Assembly (NCBI RefSeq): GCF_001598795.1 | Contig: NZ_BCZP01000022.1 | Location: forward strand, 30,001-62,000 | Source: Delftia acidovorans NBRC 14950 | GTDB lineage: Bacteria; Pseudomonadota; Gammaproteobacteria; Burkholderiales; Burkholderiaceae_C | Length of the DNA: 32,000 nt | Direction: 5' to 3' | Part shown: one piece after another, positions 6,594-14,344 of the stretch | Numbering within the stretch: position 1 is the stretch's first letter | How the letters are laid out: every line of letters starts with the position of its first letter | Position numbers and translations under genes: made by a program | Notes under the pieces: generated by a model | The model's input: the letters and a program-made list of their open reading frames with translations, nothing else | Told to the model about the DNA's origin: nothing | The model's database searches: none

Positions 6594-7409
6594 TCAACTG
6601 CCCGTGGACGCGTAATGCCTCACCCCCATGCGCCAGGCGCCCGAGGCCAACCAGAGGAAGGCAAAGCCGGCCAGCGGCGAGACCCAGCCCAGCCAGGCCG
6701 GTGCGCCCAGCGGGTCGGGCTTGCCCAGCACGGCCAGCGCCGGGTAGTAGGCCACGCAGGCCAGCGGCACGGCGAAGGTCAGCAGGCGGCGGAACCACTG
6801 CGCGTACAGGGCCAGCGGGTACTGGGCGGCCTCGACGCTGCCGTAGCTCAGCACATTGGCGGCTTCCAGGCTTTCCACGGTCCAGAACGAGAGCGCCCCC
6901 TGCAGCACCAGGATGCCCAGGAACAGCGCCACGCCGCCAGCCACGGCGAACAGCGCCACGGCGACGGCCTGGGGCGTCCACGCCACGGCGCCCTGAGCCG
7001 TGGCAAAGCCCAGCACCAGCAGGCCCTGCAGCAGGCGGCCCAGGCGGCTGATGCGCACGTCATGGCCCATGAGCTGCAGCCACACGGGGCGCGGACGCAG
7101 CAGCAGGCGGTCGAAGGCGCCCGTGCGCAGGAACTGCGTGCCCAGCACGTCGAAGCCCCGGCCCAGCGCATCGGCCAGGGCGAACATGCAGTTCACCAGG
7201 CCATAGAACACGGCCACTTCGCCGATGCGCCAGCCCTGCACCTCGCCAAAACGGTGGAACAGCGCCCAGACGGCGATGACCTCGATGCCCGTGACCAGGA
7301 ACTGGCCCAGGGTCAGCATCAGCGCCGAGGCCGGGTAGCGCGCCTGCCCGCCCAGCGAGGCCAGCGCCAGGCGCAGGAACATGGACAGCGATCCTTTGTG
7401 CTTGGCCAT
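6594..7409 (-). CDS. ABC-2 family transporter permease (DUF990 / ABC2_membrane_6 type)
   Basis: Polytopic hydrophobic protein. MAKHKGSLSMFLRLALASLGGQARYPASALMLTLGQFLV... is typical of the COG3694/COG4587 permease pair. The ATG at 7409 lies 6 nt after the stop of the upstream permease. The ORF-track start at 7493 would overlap the neighbour by 79 nt. Confidence 0.8.
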   Translation of the reverse strand: MAKHKGSLSMFLRLALASLGGQARYPASALMLTLGQFLVTGIEVIAVWALFHRFGEVQGWRIGEVAVFYGLVNCMFALADALGRGFDVLGTQFLRTGAFDRLLLRPRPVWLQLMGHDVRISRLGRLLQGLLVLGFATAQGAVAWTPQAVAVALFAVAGGVALFLGILVLQGALSFWTVESLEAANVLSYGSVEAAQYPLALYAQWFRRLLTFAVPLACVAYYPALAVLGKPDPLGAPAWLGWVSPLAGFAFLWLASGAWRMGVRHYASTGS

Positions 7410-7414
7410 GGCGC

Positions 7415-8266
7415 TCACCCGCCCTGCACTTCGAGGCCGCGCATGGTGCGCGCCATGGCCGCGCGGCCCAGGGCCACGATCACGGCAATCCACAGGGCTT
7501 GCAGCGCCAGGCAGGCCAGCATCTGCGCACCGGCCATCTGGCCGAAATAGATGCGCGCAGGGATGTCCATCACGCCGGCCAGCGGCTGCAGCAGCAGCGC
7601 GGTCTGCCAGGCATCGGGCATCAGCGCCAGCGGCAGCAGGTTGCCCGACAGCACGATGACCACGGGCGCGGCCAGCGTGTTGATGCCTTTTTCATTGAGC
7701 GCGGCGGCAGCGGCAACATTCAGCAGCATGACCAGTGCCGTGGACAGCAGCAGCGCCAGCAGCATGGACGCGGCAAAGCCCAGGCCTGCGGCCCAGCCGG
7801 CCGGCGGCTGCCAGCCCCAGTCGCCCAGCCCCATCAGCGGCAGGGCCAGCCCTGCAAACGCCACCATCAGCGCCACGCGCGGCAGCACGCGCGCGGCGAT
7901 CCAGCCAGCCGAGCGCACGAACCACAGCGCATAGGCATCCACGGGCCGCAGCCGGTCATAGGCAACGGCGCCCGTGCGCACGGCCAGGGCCACGTCGGGG
8001 TCGCCGCTCCAGGGCAGCAGCGCGAACAGGCCCTGCGCCACCCAGGTGTAGGTGATGGCGTGCTCCAGCGAAATCGGCGCGCCGGCCGATGCCGAGGCGC
8101 TGCCGTAGAACGCCGCCAGCACCATGATCTTGATGGCGCCCCACCAGCACTGCGTGGCAAAGCCCGCGTAGGCGGCCGTGCGGTACTGCAGCATCAGCAG
8201 AAAGCGCGAGGCGAAGGCGGCCTTGTAGGGGCGCAGCAGGTGTCGCAGGCGGTGGTGCGGTCCCAT
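7415..8266 (-). CDS. ABC-2 family transporter permease (DUF990 / ABC2_membrane_6 type)
   Basis: ..YKAAFASRFLLMLQYRTAAYAGFATQCWWGAIKIMVLAAFY.. is a multi-span membrane protein. The start lies 6 nt downstream of the ATPase stop, so this is an operon arrangement. Confidence 0.8.
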   Translation of the reverse strand: MGPHHRLRHLLRPYKAAFASRFLLMLQYRTAAYAGFATQCWWGAIKIMVLAAFYGSASASAGAPISLEHAITYTWVAQGLFALLPWSGDPDVALAVRTGAVAYDRLRPVDAYALWFVRSAGWIAARVLPRVALMVAFAGLALPLMGLGDWGWQPPAGWAAGLGFAASMLLALLLSTALVMLLNVAAAAALNEKGINTLAAPVVIVLSGNLLPLALMPDAWQTALLLQPLAGVMDIPARIYFGQMAGAQMLACLALQALWIAVIVALGRAAMARTMRGLEVQGG

Positions 8267-8271
8267 GGCGC

Positions 8272-9132
8272 TCAGACCTCCGAGGCACCATGCATGGCGT
8301 AGAAGCGGGCGATCACGGCCTCGATGGCCATGTCCTGCCCCTCGCCCTCGCCTTCGCCATCGCCCGTGCCATCGCGCTGCGCCGCCGCCACCTGGGCCCG
8401 CAGCGCATCGACCGCGCAGTCGGCCAGCACGCGGCCATGGCCGATGACGATGACGCGCCGCGCCAGCGCCTCGATGTCGTGCATGTCATGCGTGGTCAGC
8501 AGCACCGTGGTGCCGCGCTCGCGGTTGGCGCGCAGCACGAACTCGCGCACGGCCAGCTTGGAGGGTGCGTCCAGGCCGATGGTGGGCTCGTCCAGGAACA
8601 GGATCTCGGGCTCGTGCAGCAGGGCCGCGGCGATCTCGGCGCGCATGCGCTGGCCCAGGGACAGCTGGCGCACGGGCTGGTCCAGCAAGCGCTCCAGGCT
8701 CAGCATGGCCACCAGCTCGTCGCGGGTGCGCGCAAAGCGCAGCGGATCGACGCGGTACAGGTCGCGCAGCAGGTTGAAGCCATCGCCCACGGGCAGGTCC
8801 CACCACAGCTGCGAGCGCTGTCCGAAGACCACGCCGATGCGGCCCACATGGCGCTGGCGGTCGGCGAAGGGGTCGCGCCCGTCCACCTCCACGCGCCCGC
8901 CATCGGGCCGCAGGATGCCCGACAGGATCTTGATGGTGGTGGACTTGCCCGCGCCGTTGGGGCCGATGAAGCCCAGCAACTCGCCACGCTCCAGCGCAAA
9001 CGACACGCCATCCAGAGCCTGCACCGTGCGGTGGCGCGGACGCACCAGCGCGCGCAGCGCGCCCATCACGCCGGGGTCGCGCTCATGGATGCGGTAGGTC
9101 TTGCGGAGGTCGTGGACGAGGATCTGGGGCAT
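8272..9132 (-). CDS. ABC transporter ATP-binding protein (COG4586-type, partner of the two ABC-2 permeases)
   Basis: Walker A GPNGAGKSTTIK, signature LSLGQRMR, Walker B ILFLDEPTIGLD, H-loop TTHDM. The start is taken at the ATG MPQILVHDLRK (9132). The GTG at 9168 is the alternative. There is an acidic GDGEGEGEG linker near the C-terminus. Confidence 0.9.
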   Translation of the reverse strand: MPQILVHDLRKTYRIHERDPGVMGALRALVRPRHRTVQALDGVSFALERGELLGFIGPNGAGKSTTIKILSGILRPDGGRVEVDGRDPFADRQRHVGRIGVVFGQRSQLWWDLPVGDGFNLLRDLYRVDPLRFARTRDELVAMLSLERLLDQPVRQLSLGQRMRAEIAAALLHEPEILFLDEPTIGLDAPSKLAVREFVLRANRERGTTVLLTTHDMHDIEALARRVIVIGHGRVLADCAVDALRAQVAAAQRDGTGDGEGEGEGQDMAIEAVIARFYAMHGASEV

Positions 9133-9270
9133 GGCGCTGAGCGGTGAGGTAAGCGCAGAGGGGGGCACAGAGGGGGCGCGATTCTACACAGGACCGGGCT
9201 TTGCTATCCTGCGCGCAAATTCGCGGATGGAAATCCGCCTTGCCGCACGCACGCACAAAGGAAACACAAC

Positions 9271-11055
9271 ATGGCAGCTGAAGGCAATGCAAGCCAGCTC
9301 GTAGGAATCGTCACGCTGCTGGGGGCCGCCGTGGTGGCCGTGCCGCTGTTCAAGCGGCTGGGCCTGGGCGCCGTGCTCGGCTACCTGGCCGCCGGCCTGG
9401 CCATAGGCCCCTACGGGCTGGGCCTGGTGACGGACGCGCAGACCATCCTGCACGTGGCCGAGCTGGGCGTGGTGATGTTCCTCTTCGTCATCGGGCTGGA
9501 GATGAAGCCCTCGCACCTGTGGGATCTGCGCGGCCAGATCTTCGGGCTGGGCAGCCTGCAGGTGGTGGTGTGCGCGCTGCTGCTCACGGGCGTGGGCATG
9601 GCCTTCGGCTTTCCGTGGCAGGTGGCCTTCGTCAGCGGCGCGGGCTTCGTGCTCACCTCCACGGCCATCGTCATGCAGGTGCTGGCCGAGCGTGGCGACA
9701 TCCTGGCGCCGCGCGGCCAGCGCATCGTCTCCATCCTGCTGTTCGAGGACCTGCTCATCGTGCCGCTGCTGGCCGCCGTGGCCTTTCTGGCCCCGGCCGA
9801 TGCGGCGCCCGTGGCCACCTCGCCCCTGTGGCAACGCGCGGGCGTGGCCCTGCTGTCGCTGGGCGCGCTGGTGGGCGCGGGCCTGTGGCTGCTGAACCCG
9901 CTGTTCCGCATCCTGGCCAAGGCCAAGGCGCGCGAGGTGATGACGGCCGCCGCGCTGCTGGTGGTGCTGGGCGCCGCCCTGCTGATGGAGATGGGCGGCC
10001 TGTCCATGGCCATGGGCGCCTTCGTGGCGGGCGTGCTGCTGTCCGAATCCTCGTTCCGCCACCAGCTGGAGGCCGATGTGGAGCCCTTCCGCGGCCTGCT
10101 GCTGGGCCTGTTCTTCCTGGGCGTGGGCATGGCACTGAACCTGGAGGTGGTTGCGCTGAACTGGCGCATCGTGGGCATGGGCGTGGTGGCGCTGATGCTG
10201 GGCAAGGCGCTGTGCATCTATGCCGTGGCCCGCGTGGCGCGCAGCAGCCATGCCGATGCACTGGACCGCGCCATCCTCATGGCCCAGGGCGGGGAGTTCG
10301 CCTTCGTGCTGTTTGCCGAGGCGCTCAAGCTCGGCGTGCTCGACCCCGAGGTGCATGCCAACATGACGGCCATCGTCGTGCTGTCCATGGCCATCACGCC
10401 GCTGGTGGTGGTGCTGCACAAGCGCCTAGCCGGCGCCGAGGCCGTGTCGCTGGACGGCGTGGAGGCGCCGCAGGACCTGCGCGGCAACGTGCTGGTCATC
10501 GGCTTCGGCCGCGTGGGCCAGATCGCCAGCCAGGGGCCGCTGGCCCGTGGCGCCAAGCTGTCCATCATCGACAACGACCCCGACGTGATCCGCAACGCCG
10601 AGCCCTACGGCTTCAAGGTCTACTTCGGCGACGGCGCGCGCGCCGACATCCTGCATGCGGCCGGCGCCAGCCATGCCAGCGCCATCCTGGTCTGCGTGGA
10701 CAGCAAGGCCGCCGCCACGCGCATCGTGGAGAACGTGCGCCACGAATGCCCGCACGCCCGCCTCATCGTGCGCGCCTATGACCGCGAGCACGCGCTGGAG
10801 CTCATCCAGAAGGACGCCGACCATGTCGTGCGCGAGAGCTTCGAGTCCGCCCTGCTCATGGGCCGCCATGCCGTGCTGGCCCTGGGCGCCACCGAGGACG
10901 AGGCCCAGACGCTGGAGGCCGAAGTGCGCGGCCGCGACACCGAGCGCTTTGCGCTGGAGACCGCCGGCGGCAACTTTGCGGGGCGCGCACTGCTGCTGGG
11001 CAACATCGAGCGCATCGATCCGCCCCGGCACGACAAGCCCACCGCCATGGATTGA
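9271..11055 (+). CDS. CPA2-family monovalent cation:proton antiporter with C-terminal RCK/TrkA-N domain (KefB/KefC-like K+ efflux)
   Basis: N-terminal Na+/H+ exchanger-type membrane domain (..LLGAAVVAVPLFKRLGLGAVLGYLAAGLAIGPYGLG..). This is followed by the Rossmann motif VLVIGFGRVGQ of TrkA-N. AAAGGAAA SD upstream. Confidence 0.9.
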   Translation: MAAEGNASQLVGIVTLLGAAVVAVPLFKRLGLGAVLGYLAAGLAIGPYGLGLVTDAQTILHVAELGVVMFLFVIGLEMKPSHLWDLRGQIFGLGSLQVVVCALLLTGVGMAFGFPWQVAFVSGAGFVLTSTAIVMQVLAERGDILAPRGQRIVSILLFEDLLIVPLLAAVAFLAPADAAPVATSPLWQRAGVALLSLGALVGAGLWLLNPLFRILAKAKAREVMTAAALLVVLGAALLMEMGGLSMAMGAFVAGVLLSESSFRHQLEADVEPFRGLLLGLFFLGVGMALNLEVVALNWRIVGMGVVALMLGKALCIYAVARVARSSHADALDRAILMAQGGEFAFVLFAEALKLGVLDPEVHANMTAIVVLSMAITPLVVVLHKRLAGAEAVSLDGVEAPQDLRGNVLVIGFGRVGQIASQGPLARGAKLSIIDNDPDVIRNAEPYGFKVYFGDGARADILHAAGASHASAILVCVDSKAAATRIVENVRHECPHARLIVRAYDREHALELIQKDADHVVRESFESALLMGRHAVLALGATEDEAQTLEAEVRGRDTERFALETAGGNFAGRALLLGNIERIDPPRHDKPTAMD

Positions 11056-11077
11056 ATCAGCCCCGGGCACAGCGCGC

Positions 11078-11467
<390 letters not shown>

Positions 11468-11555
11468 GGAATGCTCCTTGTGTCGCTGCGCAGGGCACGC
11501 ACTGGACCCGCACCAGGCTGCACCGGATACACACCTGCCACCACCGGCAGGCCCT

Positions 11556-11909
11556 CTATTTCAGCCTGAAGACGACGGGCACGCGCGTCCACATGCTGTC
11601 CGGCACGCCGTCGCGCGTGCCGGGGACAAAGCGCCACGTCCGCACGGCGTCCAGCGCCTCCTGGTCGAGCAGAGGATAGCCGCTGCTGTCTGCCACATCC
11701 ACGGCCACTGCCTTTCCGCTGGCGCCCACCAGAACCCGCAGCACCACCTTGCCTTCCTGCTCCAGCCGCCTGGCTTCATTGGGATAGGCCGGCATCTTGT
11801 TCTCGCTGGCCTGCCTGTCAGGCACAGGCTGCACCACGCCTGCCGCAGCCGGGCCGCCGGCCAGCAGGCCCAGGGTCAATGCAAGGATGGCGCAGCGCAT
11901 GCGGGGCAT
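11556..11909 (-). CDS. Periplasmic TonB C-terminal domain protein (energy-transducer TonB family, C-domain only)
   Basis: Signal peptide MPRMRCAILALTLGLLAGGPAAA. Then ..PAYPNEARRLEQEGKVVLRVLVGASGKAVAVDVADSSGYPLLDQEALDAVRTWRFVP.. is the TonB_C fold signature. AGGAG lies 8 nt upstream of the ATG at 11909. The ORF-track start at 12014 overlaps the helicase gene. Confidence 0.75.
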   Translation of the reverse strand: MPRMRCAILALTLGLLAGGPAAAGVVQPVPDRQASENKMPAYPNEARRLEQEGKVVLRVLVGASGKAVAVDVADSSGYPLLDQEALDAVRTWRFVPGTRDGVPDSMWTRVPVVFRLK

Positions 11910-11989
11910 TCGGAAGGCTCCTGGATGGGGACGGGATGGGGGACTGGATGGGGGTGTGGATGGCAGTCGCGGACTGGTGCGGCCCCGGA

Positions 11990-14344
11990 TCATCGCATGC
12001 CCTCCACCCGCCACCAGCGCGGCAGCAGCGCCTGCACCTCGCCGCGCCGATAGCGGTCGTCGATGAGAAAGACCACGCCGCGGTCGCGCTCGCTGCGGAT
12101 GACGCGGCCTGCGGCCTGGACCACCTTGCGCAGCCCCGGGTAGAGGTAGCTGTAGTCATAGCCCTTGTCCGCGCCGAACTGGCGGTCCATGGCGCGCTTC
12201 ATCTCTTCGTTCACGGGATTGACCTGGGGCAGGCCCAGCGTGGCCACGAAGGCGCCGATGAGGCGCTCGCCGGGCAGGTCCACGCCCTCGGAGAACGCCC
12301 CGCCCAGCACGGCAAAGCCCACGCCCTGCCCGGCTTCGGTGAAGCGGGCCAGGAAGGCCGCGCGGCCCTCCTCGTCCATGGACGGGGTCTGCAGCCAGAC
12401 CGGCAGATCGGGATGGGCGCGCTGCAGGCATTCGGCCACGCGCTGCAGGTAGTCGAAGCTGCTGAAAAAGCACAGATAGTTGCCGGGCCGGCGCGCGTAC
12501 TGCGCGGCCACGAGGTCGGCGATGGGCCGCAGCGAACGGTCGCGGTCGCGGTAGCGCGTGGAGATGTGGCCGGCCACCTGCACATCGAGCTGGTCGGCCT
12601 GGAAGGGCGAGTCGGCCTCCAGCCAGTGCGTGCCTTCGGGCAGGCCCAGGATGTCGCGGTAGAAGTGCGGCGGGCTCAGCGTGCCCGAGAACAGCACCGA
12701 GGCATGGGCCGCCGCATGGCGTGCCGCCAGGTGGGGCGCGGGCACCACGCAGCGTATGCACAGCGTGGAGGCCGGCGTGCGACGGGGACCTGAGCGCCCG
12801 GGCAGCAGGTGGACATCGAACAGCGCATGGCCGCCGAACTGCTCGGCCAGCGCCATGAACTGCAGCGCTTCCCAATAGAAGTCCAGAACCGGGTCGCCGG
12901 GCAGCATGGGGCTGTCGGCATTGGCGTCGGCGATGGCGGCCACGGCGCGCTGCACGGCGCCCAGCAGGCCTGCGGGCACTTCCTCATGGGCCTGGTAGCT
13001 GGCGGTCTGCTCCCTGTTCAGCGCACTCCAGCTGCGGCTGAGCCGGTCCAGCGCCTTGCGCACGGCACCGGTGGCGGACTTGCGGGCGGCAGCCAGGGCG
13101 AACTGCGACAGCTCGGCCGTGTACATGCGGCGCGCGCGCTCGAGCAGGTTGTGGGCCTCGTCCACCAGCACACCCACCTTCCATTGCTGGGCCTGGGTGA
13201 GCGCGTACAGCATGGCGGCGCTGTCGTAGAAGTAGTGGTAGTCGGCCACGACCACATCGCTCCAGCGCACCAGTTCCTGGGCCAGGTAGTAGGGGCAGAT
13301 GTCGTGCGCCAGCGCCACGGCACGCACGGCAGGCGGGTCCCAGGGTGCCTGCTGCAGCGCGGCGGCGCGCGCGGCGGGCAGGCGGTCGAAGAAGCCGCGC
13401 GCCAGCGGGCAGGAGTCGCCGTGGCAGGCCTTGTCGGGGTGCTCGCAGGCCTTGTCGCGCGCCAGGATGGCGAGCACGCGCAGCCTTGCGGGCGGTGCGG
13501 GTGGCGAGGGCAGCGGTTGTGGCGCAGCCGGTTCCTGCGGCGGTGGTTGGTGCTGCTCGGCGATCTGCCGGTTCACGCTGGCCAGCGCCTGCAGCGCCAG
13601 GCCATGGCCCGTGCCCTTGGCCGTGAGGAAGAACAGCCGGTCCAGGCCCTGGTCGGGCATGGCCTTGAGCATGGGGAAGATGGTGCCCAGCGTCTTGCCG
13701 ATGCCCGTGGGCGCCTGCGCCATCAGGCACTGGCCGCCCTGCTGCGCGCGCGCCACGCGGTAGACGGCCACGGCCAGCTCGCGCTGGCCCGCGCGAAAGC
13801 CCTGCATGGGAAAGCGCAGCGCGGCCAGCGCCGCCTCGCGCGCCGCGCGGTGGGCGGCCTCGCTGCGCGCCCAGTCCAGGAACAGCGCGCATTGCTGCTC
13901 GAAGAAGGCGCGCAGCGTGGCCGCGTCTTCCTCCTGCACCAGCACGGTTTCCTCCGAGTTGCCCACGTTGAAATACACCAGCGCCACGCGCAGCCGCTGC
14001 AGGCCGCGCGCCTGGCACAGCAGATGGGCGTAGATGCGCGCCTGGGCCCAGTGCAGGGCGCGGTGGTGGGCGCGCACGCCCTCGATCTGGCCGCGGTAGG
14101 TCTTGATTTCCTCCAGCTGGCCGGCCTGGGGGTCGAAGCCGTCGGCGCGGCCGCGCACGCGCAGGTCGCCGTACTCACCGGCCAGGCTGATCTCGGTCTC
14201 GTAGTCCTTGCCCCTGCGCGACTGCACCAGGCTGTGTCCGGCCATGCCCTCCAGCGCGCTGGGCGCGGGCGTGAAGCGCAGGTCCAGGTCGCCCGCGCGC
14301 GCCGTGAACTCGCACAGCGCGCGCACGGCCACGGTGTAGCTCAC
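11990..14344 (-). CDS. Fusion of an N-terminal PD-(D/E)XK-like nuclease module with an XPD/DinG-family (Rad3-like, FeS) ATP-dependent DNA helicase, 784 aa
   Basis: Nuclease-like motif ..RADGFD-x7-LEEIKTY... Walker A AQAPTGIGKT and DEAH box VLVDEAHNL. Four Cys lie between them (ACEHPDKACHGDSCP ... DICPYY), as in XPD/DinG FeS helicases. The C-terminal helicase domain is ..GGAFSEGVDLPGERLIGAFVATLGLPQ...QAAGRVIRSERDRGVVFLIDDRY. The start is taken at the GTG at 14344, which overlaps the upstream TGA (GTGA). The rest of the 951-aa ORF-track ORF overlaps the FAN1-like gene. Confidence 0.85.
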   Translation of the reverse strand: MSYTVAVRALCEFTARAGDLDLRFTPAPSALEGMAGHSLVQSRRGKDYETEISLAGEYGDLRVRGRADGFDPQAGQLEEIKTYRGQIEGVRAHHRALHWAQARIYAHLLCQARGLQRLRVALVYFNVGNSEETVLVQEEDAATLRAFFEQQCALFLDWARSEAAHRAAREAALAALRFPMQGFRAGQRELAVAVYRVARAQQGGQCLMAQAPTGIGKTLGTIFPMLKAMPDQGLDRLFFLTAKGTGHGLALQALASVNRQIAEQHQPPPQEPAAPQPLPSPPAPPARLRVLAILARDKACEHPDKACHGDSCPLARGFFDRLPAARAAALQQAPWDPPAVRAVALAHDICPYYLAQELVRWSDVVVADYHYFYDSAAMLYALTQAQQWKVGVLVDEAHNLLERARRMYTAELSQFALAAARKSATGAVRKALDRLSRSWSALNREQTASYQAHEEVPAGLLGAVQRAVAAIADANADSPMLPGDPVLDFYWEALQFMALAEQFGGHALFDVHLLPGRSGPRRTPASTLCIRCVVPAPHLAARHAAAHASVLFSGTLSPPHFYRDILGLPEGTHWLEADSPFQADQLDVQVAGHISTRYRDRDRSLRPIADLVAAQYARRPGNYLCFFSSFDYLQRVAECLQRAHPDLPVWLQTPSMDEEGRAAFLARFTEAGQGVGFAVLGGAFSEGVDLPGERLIGAFVATLGLPQVNPVNEEMKRAMDRQFGADKGYDYSYLYPGLRKVVQAAGRVIRSERDRGVVFLIDDRYRRGEVQALLPRWWRVEGMR

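Noticed and set aside
11534-11551. Hairpin cctgcc-accacc-ggcagg downstream of the TonB_C gene as a terminator
   Set aside because: It has only a 6-bp stem, and the downstream minus-strand sequence (tgtgtatcc) is a weak U-tract. This is not strong enough to annotate.
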